Source of the DNA: Eledone cirrhosa
Taxonomy: Eukaryota
NCBI GenBank assembly: GCA_964016885.1
Contig: OZ024740.1
Span: forward strand, 162,254,001-162,318,000
Length of the DNA: 64,000 bases
Reading direction: 5' to 3'
Positions 26,430-40,499 of the stretch are shown here, piece by piece. The notes beneath the pieces were generated by a model. That model saw only the letters and a program-made list of their open reading frames with translations. It made no database searches and was not told the origin of the DNA. Each line of letters opens with the position of its first letter. Within the stretch, counting starts at the first letter, position 1. A program made the translations under genes and the position numbers.

Positions 26430-29400
26430 TTTCTTTATTAACCACAAGGGTCTACATAAACAGTACAGGACAATACAGGGCGGTACAAATGGGCATTTCT
26501 GCGTGTAAAAAAAAAGAAACAGAGGATGTAATAATAGAACAATGAAAAGAAATTCCCCAATAGGGGGGAGACTTCCGAGAGACATTTGTGGAGAAAGCCC
26601 ATTAAAAAGCCACAGTGACCCTGACCACCAGGGCAAGTGCCCTCTCCCAGTTTTCCACCTTTAATTTACAGACACATACTCAGCCCATTCACTCGGGCCA
26701 TTTTTGCCTCTCTCACCCATCTTTCAACAAAATGCTGGGAAGAGAGCACTTCCCCTTCTACCCTGACTTTCCTTTTTAAATGAAATTTGAAAAAGTTAAT
26801 CAGGGCATCACCGAAGAGGTAAGTGCTCGTCTTCAGCCCTTTCAAACGTGTCCACCATACTATCTCTTCGCCATGGCCACCAGACAGATAAAAACTGCCT
26901 GCCCTTCCCGGCTAAAGGAAGAGGGTGGGGCAATCCTCACGATGGACTCAGCTGATAGCTGGATCCGTCCTACACGCGACAGCAGGTGTTCGACATAAAC
27001 CCACAAGTCAGCAATGCTCGGACACTGGACGAGTGCGAGCAGGACGGTTTCGTCGCCCTGCGCGCATCTCGGACATACCCGGCTGACGGCACCTGTAGAG
27101 TTTATCCCGAACTGGCAAAGCTCCTCGGTAGTACTGCCAGGCCAGGGATTTCTGGAAGTTGTCCATAGGCCCCGGCTCGAAAGTTCTTCCGAAGAGATTG
27201 GCTAGTTGATTTTCGTCGACGCCTAGTGTTTCCCCAAGTACGTCGTCGCTCTTCTCCTCCACTAATCCTCTATAGAACGCCAAGGTGGAGTTTCCACCGA
27301 TCACATTGCCCGATTGGTCAAGGGCTGTGAGCGCCTGAAGACATTCCAGTCTCCAAGCCCTTCCTCTCGGTCTTCACTTGACCCAGGACTGCAGCTCCGT
27401 CAAGGAGACGAGCTGGGGAAAGACGTTTCTAGCAAACGGAGACCACACCTGATCACCGTCGAGGAAGAGGTGGAGATGTCGTAGCCTGAGCGCGTGTCTG
27501 CGCATCATCAGCCACGGCATTCCCAGCCCTCCACGTAGCGGGTGTTGACAGCAGATGGAACGCCTGACCATCGGAGCGCGTCCCTTCCACAAAATGCGAA
27601 AGAGCAAACGCTCCAGCGCAGTCAGGCGGGGCTTAGGACAAGGTACGACGGTCAGGCGGTAGTAGATGACGAACGCGATATACGCGTTAGCCACCTCCGC
27701 TCGACCTTTCAGGGATAGCTTCCTCTCCGCCCATTTCTGGGTGAGAGAAGCCACCCTGCTCGTCACCTCGTCCCAGTTTTTGTCCGTCTGGAGATCCGGA
27801 CCGAACCAGACCCCGAGCAATTTCACTGGTCCGTCCGTCCAGCACCCGACGACGCTGTTAGACGGCATGGACCTGCCTCTCCAGGTGCCGAGCTGCAGGC
27901 CCACTGACTTTTCTGGTTGATCATTGCTCCTGTCACCGCTTCGTATTCTCTTAGTGTAGTGCCGATCGCCTCGATGTGTTTGGCATTCGACACCATTACG
28001 GTGACATCGTCCGCATATGCTGACACGGATCTTCCGCATCCTAGTTCGCGCGGGACCCCCTCAACGTCTCCAGTTTGTGCAGTACAAGAGGGACGAGAGG
28101 GGACATCCTTGGCGGACCGAGCGCATGATGTTGAACGGTTCCGAAAGGTGACCGTTCACTCTCACCACAGAACAGATGTCGCAGTGCATGGCAACGATCC
28201 AGACTCTGAAGACGGGCCCAAAGCCAGCCGCCCTCAGGACTGCCGCTGGTCGACCCTATCGAAAGCTTTCGACTGATCTAAATTGATCAAGGACCCACCC
28301 GTGCCAGGTCCCCTAGCTACCCTCTCTACGATGTATCGCATGAGGTGGAAGTTGTCGTGGATGGATCTGTCGGGAATGGCACACGTCTGCGCCTCTCCCA
28401 CCAGACCACCAACGACAAGCGCCAACCTCTTTGCTAGCACCTTGGCCAAAATCTTGAACTCTGTGTTTAGCAGAGTTATGGGCCTGAAATTATCTATTTT
28501 ATCCCCCTTGTTCGGATCCTTTCTCAGCAGCGCCACGGCTCCTTGGCTCACAGAGCTGGGAATTCTCCCGTTCTGTTGCAAGTTGCAGTAGACGTCCGCC
28601 AAGAGGCCTCCGAACAAGTCTGGCATCTGTACGTAAAGTTCATAGGGCAGACCATCCAAACCAGACGATTTACCCCTTGTGCAGCCAGTCATTGCATCCC
28701 GTACTTCAGCGGCTGTTATCGGCTTTTCGCAACACTCCGCCTCAGTGGCTGAGAGCCGCGGCAGTCCGTCGAGGTAAACAATAATGTCCATCCCTCGATC
28801 CGGCTCGCTGCTGCCCCCGAACAGCTGTGCGATGTGTCGCTGAAAAGCTTCACGCATTTGCCCGGGATCGAGTAGCATGCGCCCGTCGTGGTCCACCAAA
28901 GACCGGATCGTGGCTTTGTTGCCACGACGCGCTTCCGCCACTCGGGCCAATTGAACGGCTTTCGTCCCCTCGTGTCTGAGAGCACGCACTCTAGCTCTGA
29001 CAACGCAGCCTTCGTGCTTTGCATTGAATTTTGGTCAAGGGCAAGTACGTCGGTCGCGATGCCTTTGCTAAGCGCCTCGTCTAATTTTCTAGCTAATTCT
29101 CCCTCTGCTCTATTTTTCTATATTGCTAAAGCCTTACTAAACCTAATGGACTCTATTCTAATTGCTCTTTTCAGAGCAAACCACCACTTGTTTTGACGAT
29201 GGCCCCCGTCAACGCCCGCTTAACTAGTTCGCTAATCCGGTCTCTGTAGGCCTTGCGCGCTGGTAAGGACGCGTTTTGCTTCCAGTAGCCGGGTCCTCGT
29301 CTATGATTCCTATCTAAGTCAAGCACACAGATCACGAATTTGTGGTCCGTGTAGCTGACTATCTTGAATTGTGGACAGCCTATGCTAGACCTATCTATTT

Positions 29401-30961
29401 CCCTACAAAATACTCTATCGAGATATGATCTGGATGACCCTATACGATTTGTCCAAGTCCACATTGGCACATTCGGGAAATCCAATCGGTACCTGTCAGA
29501 CAGTTCAAAACGCCTGAGCAGATTGGTGAGGCTCTTGCACCCTCCTCCCCTATCCGCTAATCCCACACAGTCCCAACGTGCATCTAAGATCCCGTTCCAG
29601 TCGCCCACTAACACTAACGAGCGGGACGTTCCAAGAAAGGTCTCCAGACGCCGGAAGAAATCAGGCCGCCCTGCTCCTGTCGGGACATAGACAGCCACTA
29701 GCCTGAAAGCTTTCCAGTCTCCGCTGGTCACGTCTAGCACCACCAACTTACCTTCTGGGTCAAGGAAGATGGCCCGTATGGCGAGATCCAAACCTCTCCG
29801 AAAAAGCACAGCAACTCCTCCCCCCGATCCCGGACAGCTGGGAGATGCGTACACATCGTAGCCGCCGAAGATCAGTGCGAAGGCCCGTGCTTCGGAGATT
29901 CTGGTCTCGCTGATGGCCACTACATCTATGTTTAGTGACCTGAGGTCGTTGAGCAGGTGGCCCTGCTTCCATGACGACCCCAAGCCACGCGCATTTATGC
30001 TGCCTATTCTGAGTGAGGTCATGTTGAAATCGAGTGGAAAAGATGGGAAAGACCACTTACCTTACTTCTCGTAGAGGAAGGATGGTTTCTCCACCCTTTT
30101 CACTGCTTGTGGCCTCCTCCGGAAGGATGTCCTTATAAATCCTCCTGGAGAGTGTTTGTCGGAAGTCTCCGATGTCTTTGGGGAATTTTTGTTTTAGTGT
30201 CGTGTACGTTTTCTGTGTGATGCGAGTGATTTGTATGTGTGGAGGTGGTGTGAACTTTTGGGTTGTTGTGCAGTCTTTTTCTGTACCATCTTTCTTTACC
30301 ATTTTTTTGTCTTCTTCTAATTCCTCCTGAGTTACCTGAAATGCTTCGCACTGTTTTGCTACTCTGGCAAAACTCAGGGTGGTTTTCTTAATTTCTTTGT
30401 TGTTGTTGTTATCGTTATTTTTGTTATTGTTAATTTTAGTTTCAGTTGTGGTGGTGGTGGCGTCAGTGGTGTTCGGTGTGGAAGAGTTCATGTTGGTTGA
30501 ATTCATTTCGATATCACGAGTTAATTTATTTTTTTCTTTTGTTTCTGTTGTCGCTGTAGTGGTGGTGGGGTGGCGACTTTAACACCTGCAGTCATTGGTA
30601 ATGGCGGGAAATGAATGTCTGCCTGAGACAAATTTAAAATATTGCTACTGCTTATATTTTTAGTGTTTGCAAACGTAGTAATATTTACAATGGTGGTGTC
30701 GGTGTGATGTGTTAGTTTGTGAAGAAGGTGTGACTCTGAGTCGTCCATGGTTTTTCAAAGAAAAATTTTTGTTTGATAATTATAAAAGTTGAAATTTTGG
30801 CTCAAGGCCCCAATCTTTTAGGGTGTCCTTTTCAGATAACAATGTATGTGCACTTATATACTGTTAACAATAAAAAGTTTCCGTAAATGGCAATTTTAAA
30901 CAACTGAAAATAACAAACCTTTGCGGAGCTCACGATGATACGATTTACTACGTAGGTCGCC
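26428..30961 (-). mobile_element. Tx1/L1-like LINE, apparently with both ends, ORF1 reduced and ORF2 frameshifted, inserted in (TTA)n
   Basis: APE (SINARGL, ISETR, LVGDWN, SYLDR, YTDH; 29171-30022) and RT (NFRPITLLNTEFKILAK, LDQSKAFDRV, SAYADDVT; 27374-28989). (AAT)n lies at 26374-26427 and 30962-31021. Confidence 0.9.
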
Positions 30962-31020
<59 letters not shown>

Positions 31021-31023
<3 letters not shown>

Positions 31024-31343
31024 CACGAGAAGGAGAGGGAGAAAATTAACCGATACCAGGACTTAAAGTGGGAGGTAAAAAGGATTTGGAACTGCCATGA
31101 AGTCAAAGTGATCCCGATTGTCATAGGCGCACTAGGGACTATCTCCCAAAGTTTCCAGGGATGGTTGAAGAAAATCGGCCCCTTCACGCTTTTTGGAACG
31201 CTTCAAAAGGCATGCTTGCTGGGAACAGCAAGAACCCTCCGATACGTCCTGAATATCTGAGGCTGCAGGTAGTGGCTTGATATTAATTCCAACAAACTTT
31301 CCAGTTAATTAATATCAATGACTGAGACTCAAGGAGTAATAAC

Positions 31344-31426
<83 letters not shown>

Positions 31427-32115
31427 TAATAATAAACACCATATTTACAAGGAGGAGGCTAGCCCACTGTGCAGGATCTGTGGAGAGAGAGAGGAGACTG
31501 TGGCTCACATTGTATCCGAGTGTAAGCACCTAGCCCAGACCCACTATAAGGGCTGGAGACATGATGTGATGGGCAGGGTGATCCACTGGCACCTGTGCAA
31601 AGTAAACAATTTACCACATTCTGAGAAATGGTATGAGCATAAGCCAGAGGCGGTGATGGAGAACGATCAGATGAAAGTGCTGTGGGATTTTAGGATACAG
31701 ACGGACAAGAAACTGGAACACAATAGACCTGACCTGGTGGTTGTGGACAAAGAAAAAAGATCGTGTCTGATTGTGGATGTGGTCTCCCATTCGACACGAG
31801 AGTGCAAGAGAGGAGAGGGAGAAAATTAACCGATACCAGGACTTAAAGTGGGAGGTAAAAAGGATTTGGAACTGCCATGAAGTCAAAGTGATCCCGATTG
31901 TCATAGGCGCTGTGGGGACTATCTCCAAAAGTTTCCAGGGATGGTTAAAGAAAATCGGCCCCTTCACGCTTTTTGGAACGCTTCAAAAGGCATGCTTGCT
32001 GGGAACAGCAAGAACACTCCGATACGTCCTGAATATCTGAGGCTGCAGGTAGTGGCTTGATATTCATTCCAACGGACTTTCCAGTTAACTAACATCAATG
32101 ACTGAGATTCAAGGA
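31021..32115 (+). mobile_element. Two tandem 3' fragments of R4/Dong-like family C with (TAA)n tails
   Basis: HIVSECKHLAQTHYKGWRHD..KVLWDFRIQTD..HNRPDLVVVDK..KINRYQDL..VIPIVIGAVG. 31021-31337 duplicates about 31793-32115. Confidence 0.9.
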
Positions 32116-32149
32116 ATAATAATAATAATAATAATAATGTGACTCTTCT

Positions 32150-33400
32150 ACTCATTATTGTTGCTAAAACCAGCAATCTTTACGGATTTCCCAAACTGAA
32201 AAAGAGCAAAATGATTAATGATACCTGTAAAGAATCCGCTTCAACTTCCTGTGCAACACACCAACACACCAACACACCAACGATCTTAAATTAAGACCAA
32301 TTGTAACGGGCCCAAATTCTGAAAAACACCTACTCATTTTATAGGTATATTACTGGAACCAATTCTGCAATACATACCAAGTCTTACAAGAGATGAGCTG
32401 GACGTCTTAAACTATCTCCCCAAACACGCCAATAGACACATTATTATTATATATTTTGAGGTAATAAACCTCTACATTACGATCGAACACCAATACTGAA
32501 AAGAAAAAGTTTTCATCACCGTGGGCTTAAAATTCATTCTGCAAAACATTTTTTTAATTTCAATGGCAATATTTGCAAACAAATATCAAGGTACAAAAGT
32601 TGCTCCGACTAACGCTAATTTAGTGATGGCATACCTGAAAGTCCAGATATATAAACAATCTAAATTAAAATATAACTTGAACGTCCACAAATATTTGCTA
32701 GACCGTTTTATCCTATAGATTCCCACATTTGACCAACTCAAGGAATTCAAGACCCTAATTAAGAGCATCAATGATAATATCCAATTCACAATGGGATATA
32801 ATAAAAACCAACTGCCTTACCTGGACATTCAAATCATAAAAAAGAGACAAACCTTGGAATTGACATCCACCACAAACCAACAGATTCTGAACAATAGTTG
32901 CTTTCACCTCAAACCAACCATGTCACACATAAACAAACATTCCATTGAATTTGGCGAGAAGAATTTGTTTTAAATTATGAAACTTATGAATAAAATATGC
33001 CAAGAATTAAAAGAAATTCTACTCAAAAGACAGTATCCATCATCATTAGTAGGCAACGGAATATAACGTGCCAAAGCTATAGATATTCAAGAATTACGAA
33101 AAATAGAAAAAACTTCAGCTACGCCCATATTTCAACACACAATCATAGAAATACAGAAGCATACAACATTATCCACAAAAAGATCTCACCTTTGAGAAAA
33201 AAAAAACACTCAAAACATAAAATAATTCTCTCTTTATTGTCCGCAAGGGAAAACAAAATAATCAAAAGCAAATGACAACGAAAATGCCTTAAAAAGCTAC
33301 TAACCAGCGCCAAATTACCCAACATCAACAGTCAAAATGTGTGGTCACCTAACTTCATTGAAGGAATATTGTATATATTTAAATCAGAACAAACCATTTT
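32150..33400 (+). pseudogene. Decayed Penelope-like element RT
   Basis: Ordered PLE RT motifs across frames: YGFPKL, LRPIVTGP, GTKVAPTNANLVMAYL, IQFTM, LPYLDI, HKPTDS. Confidence 0.8.
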
Positions 33401-34255
33401 TTGCAAAGAAAATATATTTATTAAAAAATACAAACCATGTCTGAATAAACCCTAACGAGAAACATTTGCGAAGAACTTATCCACCTCTCCCCCACACACA
33501 CTCACACACACATATACTTGTTTATTTATGTAATGAAACTATTATAGCTGTTATGACCAGTATTATTGTTATCACATGACCCTCTGTACTCAAACGGGAA
33601 CAAATCGCCACACCTCCACGCACGCGCGCACAAGACACAATCGTACTCACGTAAAATTCTTGCTCATTCTGATTGAATAATTATTATTATTTTATTTTAT
33701 TTTATTTTATTTCATTTTATCTAATTTTTTACTAGTTGTCACGTGACCGACGTGCAGGAAACAAAGAAACTATTTCTACACGCTCACACATATACACGCA
33801 GACACATAAATACTCTTCGTATACACTTAAAGGATTTTGGGGAGGATTGCCACAAACAATTCTCTTGACAGACATGGATACTTAACATAATAAAATAGAC
33901 ATAAATTCCTTTTGAAATTGACATTAACCACGTTCACTGAACCATGACACTCCAGCCTTTATCGCAATATTTATAAGAAAAATTATTTTCCTAATCGTGT
34001 GATCATCAATTTTTGGCGTAAATAACTACACACCCCTATACCTAACCACATGATTTTTCACAACAAATCCAATTGTATTTTATACAGATAGAATCTGAGC
34101 TACGTTTTTAAATAAAACGGAAGGAAATTTCCTCAAATATATGATGCAGGTCACTTCACCACATAATGACAGCTCTCCATCTCACTTAACTTTTGAAAAT
34201 CCTTCAAACGTAAAACCGGTAAAGTTATTATCAATAAATCTTCTGAAAGACTCAA

Positions 34256-34311
34256 ATTGCACTTTCAACTTACTTCCTATATATATATAGGAAGTAAGTT
34301 GAAAGTGCAAT
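34256..34311. repeat. Perfect 56-bp palindrome with a (TA) centre
   Basis: attgcactttcaacttacttcc-tatatatatata-ggaagtaagttgaaagtgcaat. Confidence 0.95.
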
Positions 34312-34566
34312 ATATATTTATAATTAAGAGACGAAAGTTGTCGAATAGAATGGACACAGCTTTGGTCCTTTCCTCACTCACTCAATAATCTAATTAAGTC
34401 CATACTACTAAACTCCAAACCCAACTGATTAGAGTTCACACACACGTTAATCAGTGAGGAAGACGACTTCGTATGGGTAGGATAATTGAGATACCTAGAC
34501 CAACACATCAGTTTCTACGATTCCGATCGGCTGACAGCGCTCCGAGTGGAACAACCATATATATAT

Positions 34567-35796
34567 TAGGATAAGTCAACATTTTTCTGGATAAGCTCTA
34601 TATTTTAAAAAAGGACTTTATTTACATAGATTTAAACACAATTTCCTTCGAAATATTCCCCTTGCACAGCAGTGCACCTATCTCAACGTTTCTGCCACTT
34701 CTAGAACGCGGCCTTGAAGTAATCTTTTGTAATCTTGTCGAAAACTTGCGATCTCGGCAACGGTGTTAAAACGGTGACCTTTGAGCTTGATTTTGATTTT
34801 GGGGAAAAGTCCGCTACATCTGGCGAATAGGGCAGGCGCGGAAGCGATGGCATGTTGTGCTTGGCGTGAAACTCATAGACGATCAGTGCTCGGTCACAGG
34901 ATGTATTGTCGTCGTGGAGAATCCAGTTCTTCACGTGCCACTGAACTGGTCGCTTTCGCTGAATGTTTTCCCTTAAACGCCTCATAACGTCGCAGTAAAA
35001 CTCTGGCTGAACAATGCCATGAATGTCGAAAATGACAAGGAGTATGCTCTTGATTGAACTGCGACTCTATCTCACATTCTTCGGTCGTGGAGATGATGGA
35101 TCCTTCTGCCCGCTTTGTCTCTGGATCATACCCATAAACCCAAGACCAATCACCAGTAATGATCCTGACATTAATGATGGCCAATCCGTTGCACTCCATT
35201 TGAGTTCATGGCAAACTTCGACATGATTTTCCTTCTGGTCCTGTGTCAACAGGCGGGGTGGGGTGACAAGCCTGGCTGCGACACACCGCATGTTCAGTCC
35301 AGACGTTAAGATTGCTTGAGCTGACCAACAATGTGACACACCAACAATGTTAGCAAAATCTTTGATCGTCCCTCGACGGTCCTCATGCGGACGTTGCCTC
35401 ATTTTTTCGACATTTCTAGGATTGATGCTCGTCGAAGGTCTTCCAGATCATTCGTTGTCTTCCAGCGACTTTCTTCTGCTTTGGAAGCGCCCGTGTCACT
35501 CGAAAGATTGCGAATTACCTATTGCCTCATAGCCGTAAGCTTGTTGAAGCAAGTTCAATGTCTCTGTGGCCGATTTTCCAAGTTGGCTCTTTGTTCTAAC
35601 TTGATGTCCATGAGATAATCGCAGACTTGCACGCGGACGTGATCAGAAAAACACCAATTTTAAAACTCATGATGTAAACACAGCGATATCGCTTAGTACA
35701 GTAACTTATGATAGTTGCAGCTAACTATCACTGCGCGCGCAACCCTGTGCTGCCACTGTTGGCGCACTATAGAGCTATTCTGGAAACCTTTTGATA

Positions 35797-35800
<4 letters not shown>
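34567..35800 (-). mobile_element. Decayed near-full-length mariner
   Basis: IITGDWSWVYGYDPETK, RRLRENIQRKRP..WILHDDN, PYSPD. About 1.23 kb with degenerate inverted ends (..ataagctcta / tagagctatt..). Confidence 0.85.
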
Positions 35801-35849
<49 letters not shown>

Positions 35850-35903
35850 ATAATCTCAAGTAGCTACTGCTACTACCACTACTACTCTTCTCTTACTACT
35901 GGA

Positions 35904-35945
<42 letters not shown>

Positions 35946-36278
35946 ATACGAGTAGAAAGTGAAATTAGGGTGGCGGAATATCTATTTCCAGCCCCTCTTG
36001 CGAGATTTATGTGTGTGTGTGTGTGTGTGCGTGTGCATGTGCCTGTGTGTGTGGGGATGTGTGTGTGCACGTGTGTATGTATGTGTGTGTGTATGTGCGT
36101 GTGCGTGTGCGTGTGCGTGTGTGTGTGTATACGTGCACTAGACATTCGAGTTCGTGCATGTGTGTTCCTTATCTTCACCACTAACCATTTTATCGTGATC
36201 ATCATTCGGTAATTAAATGAAAAATATGCAAGGAAATTAATTGCCACCACCGCCGCCGCCACGCTGCCGCTGCTGCTG

Positions 36279-36309
<31 letters not shown>

Positions 36310-36929
36310 AAATAATAATAATGATAATGATAGTAATAAATTCTTTATTAGCTACAAGGTCTGTAATGATCATAATTAGGTGAACAAAACGATTATAATA
36401 GGTATGATGATGGTGACTGTTATGGTGATAGCTATGATGATGGTGATTGCTATGATGATAGCTATGATGATGGTGATTGCTATGGTGATAGCTATGATGA
36501 CGGTGAGAATAATTAAAGAAAAACACCCATTTCAATGAAGAAAATGAATATTGAGCCTGACAAATATGAAGAAAATTCTGAATATTTGGACAGCAATTTA
36601 TTTATTGCATGAACACCCCCCCCCCTACATACATAAACACATGCACACACACACCATACACACATATATATATATATATGTATGAACAAATAACAGGAAA
36701 GCAAATATCAAGACGGAAGATGGTGTTAAAGGGAAATATCATTTTAACGCTCAGATGTGAAAAAAATCAATACATAACAACGTTTCGGCCACACTCTTCT
36801 TCAGAACATATAGAGATGTAAAACAATGCAGGATAGCAAGAAAGTTAACGAACGAAAACACATTTGTCTATTCTTTTTAAATCATGGTGTTTGAAGAAGT
36901 ATAGTGACAGAATAGGTAAGCATGAAGGC

Positions 36930-36997
<68 letters not shown>

Positions 36998-38479
36998 GGT
37001 TATTGTGGACATACAGGCAAACGTATACATGAAGTGTGTAAATGTAAGTACATATATATGGAAACGTACGCACAGATTTATAAATAGACGACCACTTAGA
37101 TAAGATTCAAAAGCTACATTTGAACCGTGCACATAATCACACACACCTTGTATCAGTAAATATATGTATATTCACTCACAGGCAAAAACATGAACATACA
37201 CAACAGACTATCGGCACAAACGTGCGCCCCATGGGTCTGCATATACAAACCTATCAGTACACATCAGCACGCAAATACAGATATGCAGGCGCATACAAGC
37301 ATGTACAAGTACACACGCATGAACATTCTGTCAACCACGGGCGTAGGTGGGCACGGACGAACATAGATACAAAAACGTGTAGTAGATACAGCGTGTGCGT
37401 GTGTGTATCAGTAGAGTTGGAGAATTAGAGGAAAATTGTTTTGTTCTTACGACGTGGCAAAACATTTAGGAAATAGACATAGATATCCCAAATCATCTCT
37501 CGTTCTACTCGATCGACCCAATTCATAACCAGGTGTTGACAGGGTCTGAGAAAGTAATTCTACAAGATGAAACGATTGCTTTCGGGCGTTTGTGAAATTC
37601 CTCTCAAAATTAAAACCTTTTGGTTGACTTGAACTTTAAATCCTCAATTGTTTAAAATGTTCCTTTTGTTCCATAGGTCTTGATAAAAGGTTAAGAAAAT
37701 GCCTTTATATAATAAGTATAACTTTCTAAACTTTGTAAAATAATTTAATGAATGAAAGTATCACATATCCATAGTATTCTCCTTGGCTTTCCGGGCCCAG
37801 GACAAAAGTAACAGCTGACATTTTCCTATAGTCCCTGCGCGTCGATAGTAGTTCGTGTCCTACTACAATATTCGTTTATAAGAGCGATCAGGTTTTCGTT
37901 ATAATAATCATTTTCCTATCAAATACTACAAATCATCAATGTCCAAATCTGTACAGATTAGCTACCAATTCAGTTTTTAATCATATTGTGTGATTTACTT
38001 CAAATGTTTAAACATAAAATATTTATCATACAGACATTTAGTCATTGCTCTAATTTGTTATTCATTGAGTTTATTTTGTTTTGTTTTGTGACATATATTT
38101 CAGATGAAAACCTCGGGGGAATTACACTCAACGGCTGTATGTAAAGCCTAGAAAACAACATCGACTATTTAATATATTAAATACAACTTAACGAAGAAAC
38201 ACAACTACAGCAAACATTCGAATACTTAAAATAAACATATCCGTTTTAGCTAATAGGCATCTGAAAAACATAATGGTTCTTTGAGAATCACAACTTTGAA
38301 AATAATGGGCAAAAATGTTAGAAAATAATTTGTGGCAACAGCATAAATGTAGATAGAATACACACTACAGAAAAATAAGAAATATTTGAAACCTAAACCT
38401 ATTTTTGAAAATAAACCTATGCATAACAATACATAAGATGGCCGCGTGCATCGCGCAGTTCGAAAGTATTCTCCCCTCC

Positions 38480-39370
38480 CTAAGTATAGCCGATCCTATT
38501 GATCCCTTATCAAATTAATTTCTACCCATTTTGAGGAATCCCTCTTTGTACCATATCTCAACCATGAAAGAACAATCATAGTTGAGAAGTAGAGTGAATG
38601 AGGAGTCTTGTCAGACTGCACAATCGTAGTCTCTAATGATGAAAATCATACTCAACCAACGCTGGTTTGCCCCAAGATTCGGTTTTACCAATGACACTCT
38701 CCTTCCTACATGAACAGCCCACAAGTCGTCATCTCCAACACAACATACTTGTATGCTGATGGCATCACCTTTCGTCCTAGCATAACCTTCCGTATCCAAA
38801 AGTTAGATTCATGCAATCCAGACACCTCACCCCGAATCTACACCGAATCATTAAACAAAGATGTCAAATCCAGGCACTAACGTGGTCATGATAATCTTTC
38901 AACAGAAGAAAAAAAATCCATAATAATTTCACATTACCCCGTTAAACACGGACACCATGTACTTGGGACGCTCATAGTGGCTTCCAATTTTAGACCTTAT
39001 TATTACAGAAGATCATTCCAGGTAAATGCATTTCCTCAACACAGGAAAACCTGCGTCTTACTGATTGACCTTTTCTCCAGAGCTATAAAATACTTCAATC
39101 ACTAGCAACTCCTAACTAATCTACTACAAAGCTCAGGAGACACCCACAATGGAGTGCTGCTCCTCCATGTGAGATAGTACTTTCCATAAAAAAGGTCACT
39201 TAACTTATTGGCATAAAGTTACTATCAACACACTTAGTAATGATCCAAATACTTATTCTCTTCTATATCTGCCATTTTTTTTACCGATATGATATTGGAA
39301 TTGGATCGTTTTATGCTACTACCACTCATGTACTCCTCATTACTGACAACGGAATAAACTCCACTAAAGG
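38480..39370 (+). pseudogene. Highly decayed CR1/Jockey-group RT fragment
   Basis: Ordered traces GLPQDSVL, LYADGIT and YKAQ..PTMECCS resemble GVPQGSVL, YADD and YKAxVRPxMEY. Confidence 0.6.
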
Positions 39371-39374
39371 CACC

Positions 39375-39598
39375 TATGGTGTTAAACTGGGCGGCGGATT
39401 AAGACAACCACCCAGCAACAGGAACGGCGGTCCATCCGATGATCTTCAACCCAGTTTACGTCGACCAAATTTCTTCAGGGGATTGACTAAACCAACGCAT
39501 AATAGAAGACACTTGCCGAAAGTGCCGCGCAGTAGGATAGAATCGGAAATCATGTAGTTCCGAAGCGAACTTCTTAACCACACAAACATGCCTGCGCC
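39375..39598 (-). mobile_element. tRNA-derived SINE (second family)
   Basis: The minus strand begins ggcgcaggcatg..gtggttaagaagttcgc (A-box-like); a related head occurs at about 43731. Confidence 0.6.
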
Positions 39599-40049
39599 CA
39601 TAAGAAAAGTTCTGCAGTGGTGCAATCAGACGTTGTTAATTAATTATGTAGTTCTTTTACAGAACGTGTTTATCTCTAACATCCGGAACGACGGCAGGAA
39701 ATACAAAACAACTCAGGAGCGCTGCAGTGTTATTTTGTATTAGCTATTATGTGAAAAGTGGGAAGAAAAAAAAGAGAGAACAAATTCGGATATAAAATAT
39801 AAGAGTAGCAGCACGACCAACAAGAAATAAAACAAGAGATAAAAGAGCTGCAAAACAACAACAACAACAACAACACCAGTAACAACACCAACAACAACAA
39901 CAACAACAACAACAGCAACAACAACTACAGCAAAAGCTATTGAAAATAACAGAAACAGGAGAGGAAAAACTATTGTAAGAACTGCAGCTGTAATAGCAGA
40001 AACAATTACTTTAGTGCAGCTAACGAAGAACTGTTTTCTTATATGAATT

Positions 40050-40088
<39 letters not shown>

Positions 40089-40499
40089 CTATATCTCTAT
40101 ATATATATATATACACATACACACGCACACGCACGCACGCACGCACACACACACACACACACACACACATACATATATATATGCATACACATAAATGTGA
40201 GGGGGTGAGATGTATGCGTGTGAAAAAAAGAGGAAGAGAAAGTAGGAGAGGGAGGAGGGGGGGGGGGGAGAAATGTATGTGTTTGTACGTGTGCATGCGC
40301 GTGTTTGTATGTGTGTTTGTATGCTAAAGATGCACTGGAATTGTGGGAGCGGTAATGATGACAAATGTGAGGCTGAAAACAGGGCAAGAATGTACGATGC
40401 AATAACTTTGTTGTTGGGGGAAGAGAATAAGTTTTGTAAATGCGACTGGCAAATAAAATGTAATTAGCTTATTGTCACTGTTGTTGATCGTAGTGCACA

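Noticed and set aside
33820-34560. Possible Penelope N-terminal remnants
   Set aside because: Peptide traces are too short to support a call.
39650-39745. Acceptor-like ttcttttacag followed by a short open frame (NVFISNIRNDGRKYK..)
   Set aside because: No recognisable protein similarity, donor site or neighbouring exons, so a host exon cannot be supported.
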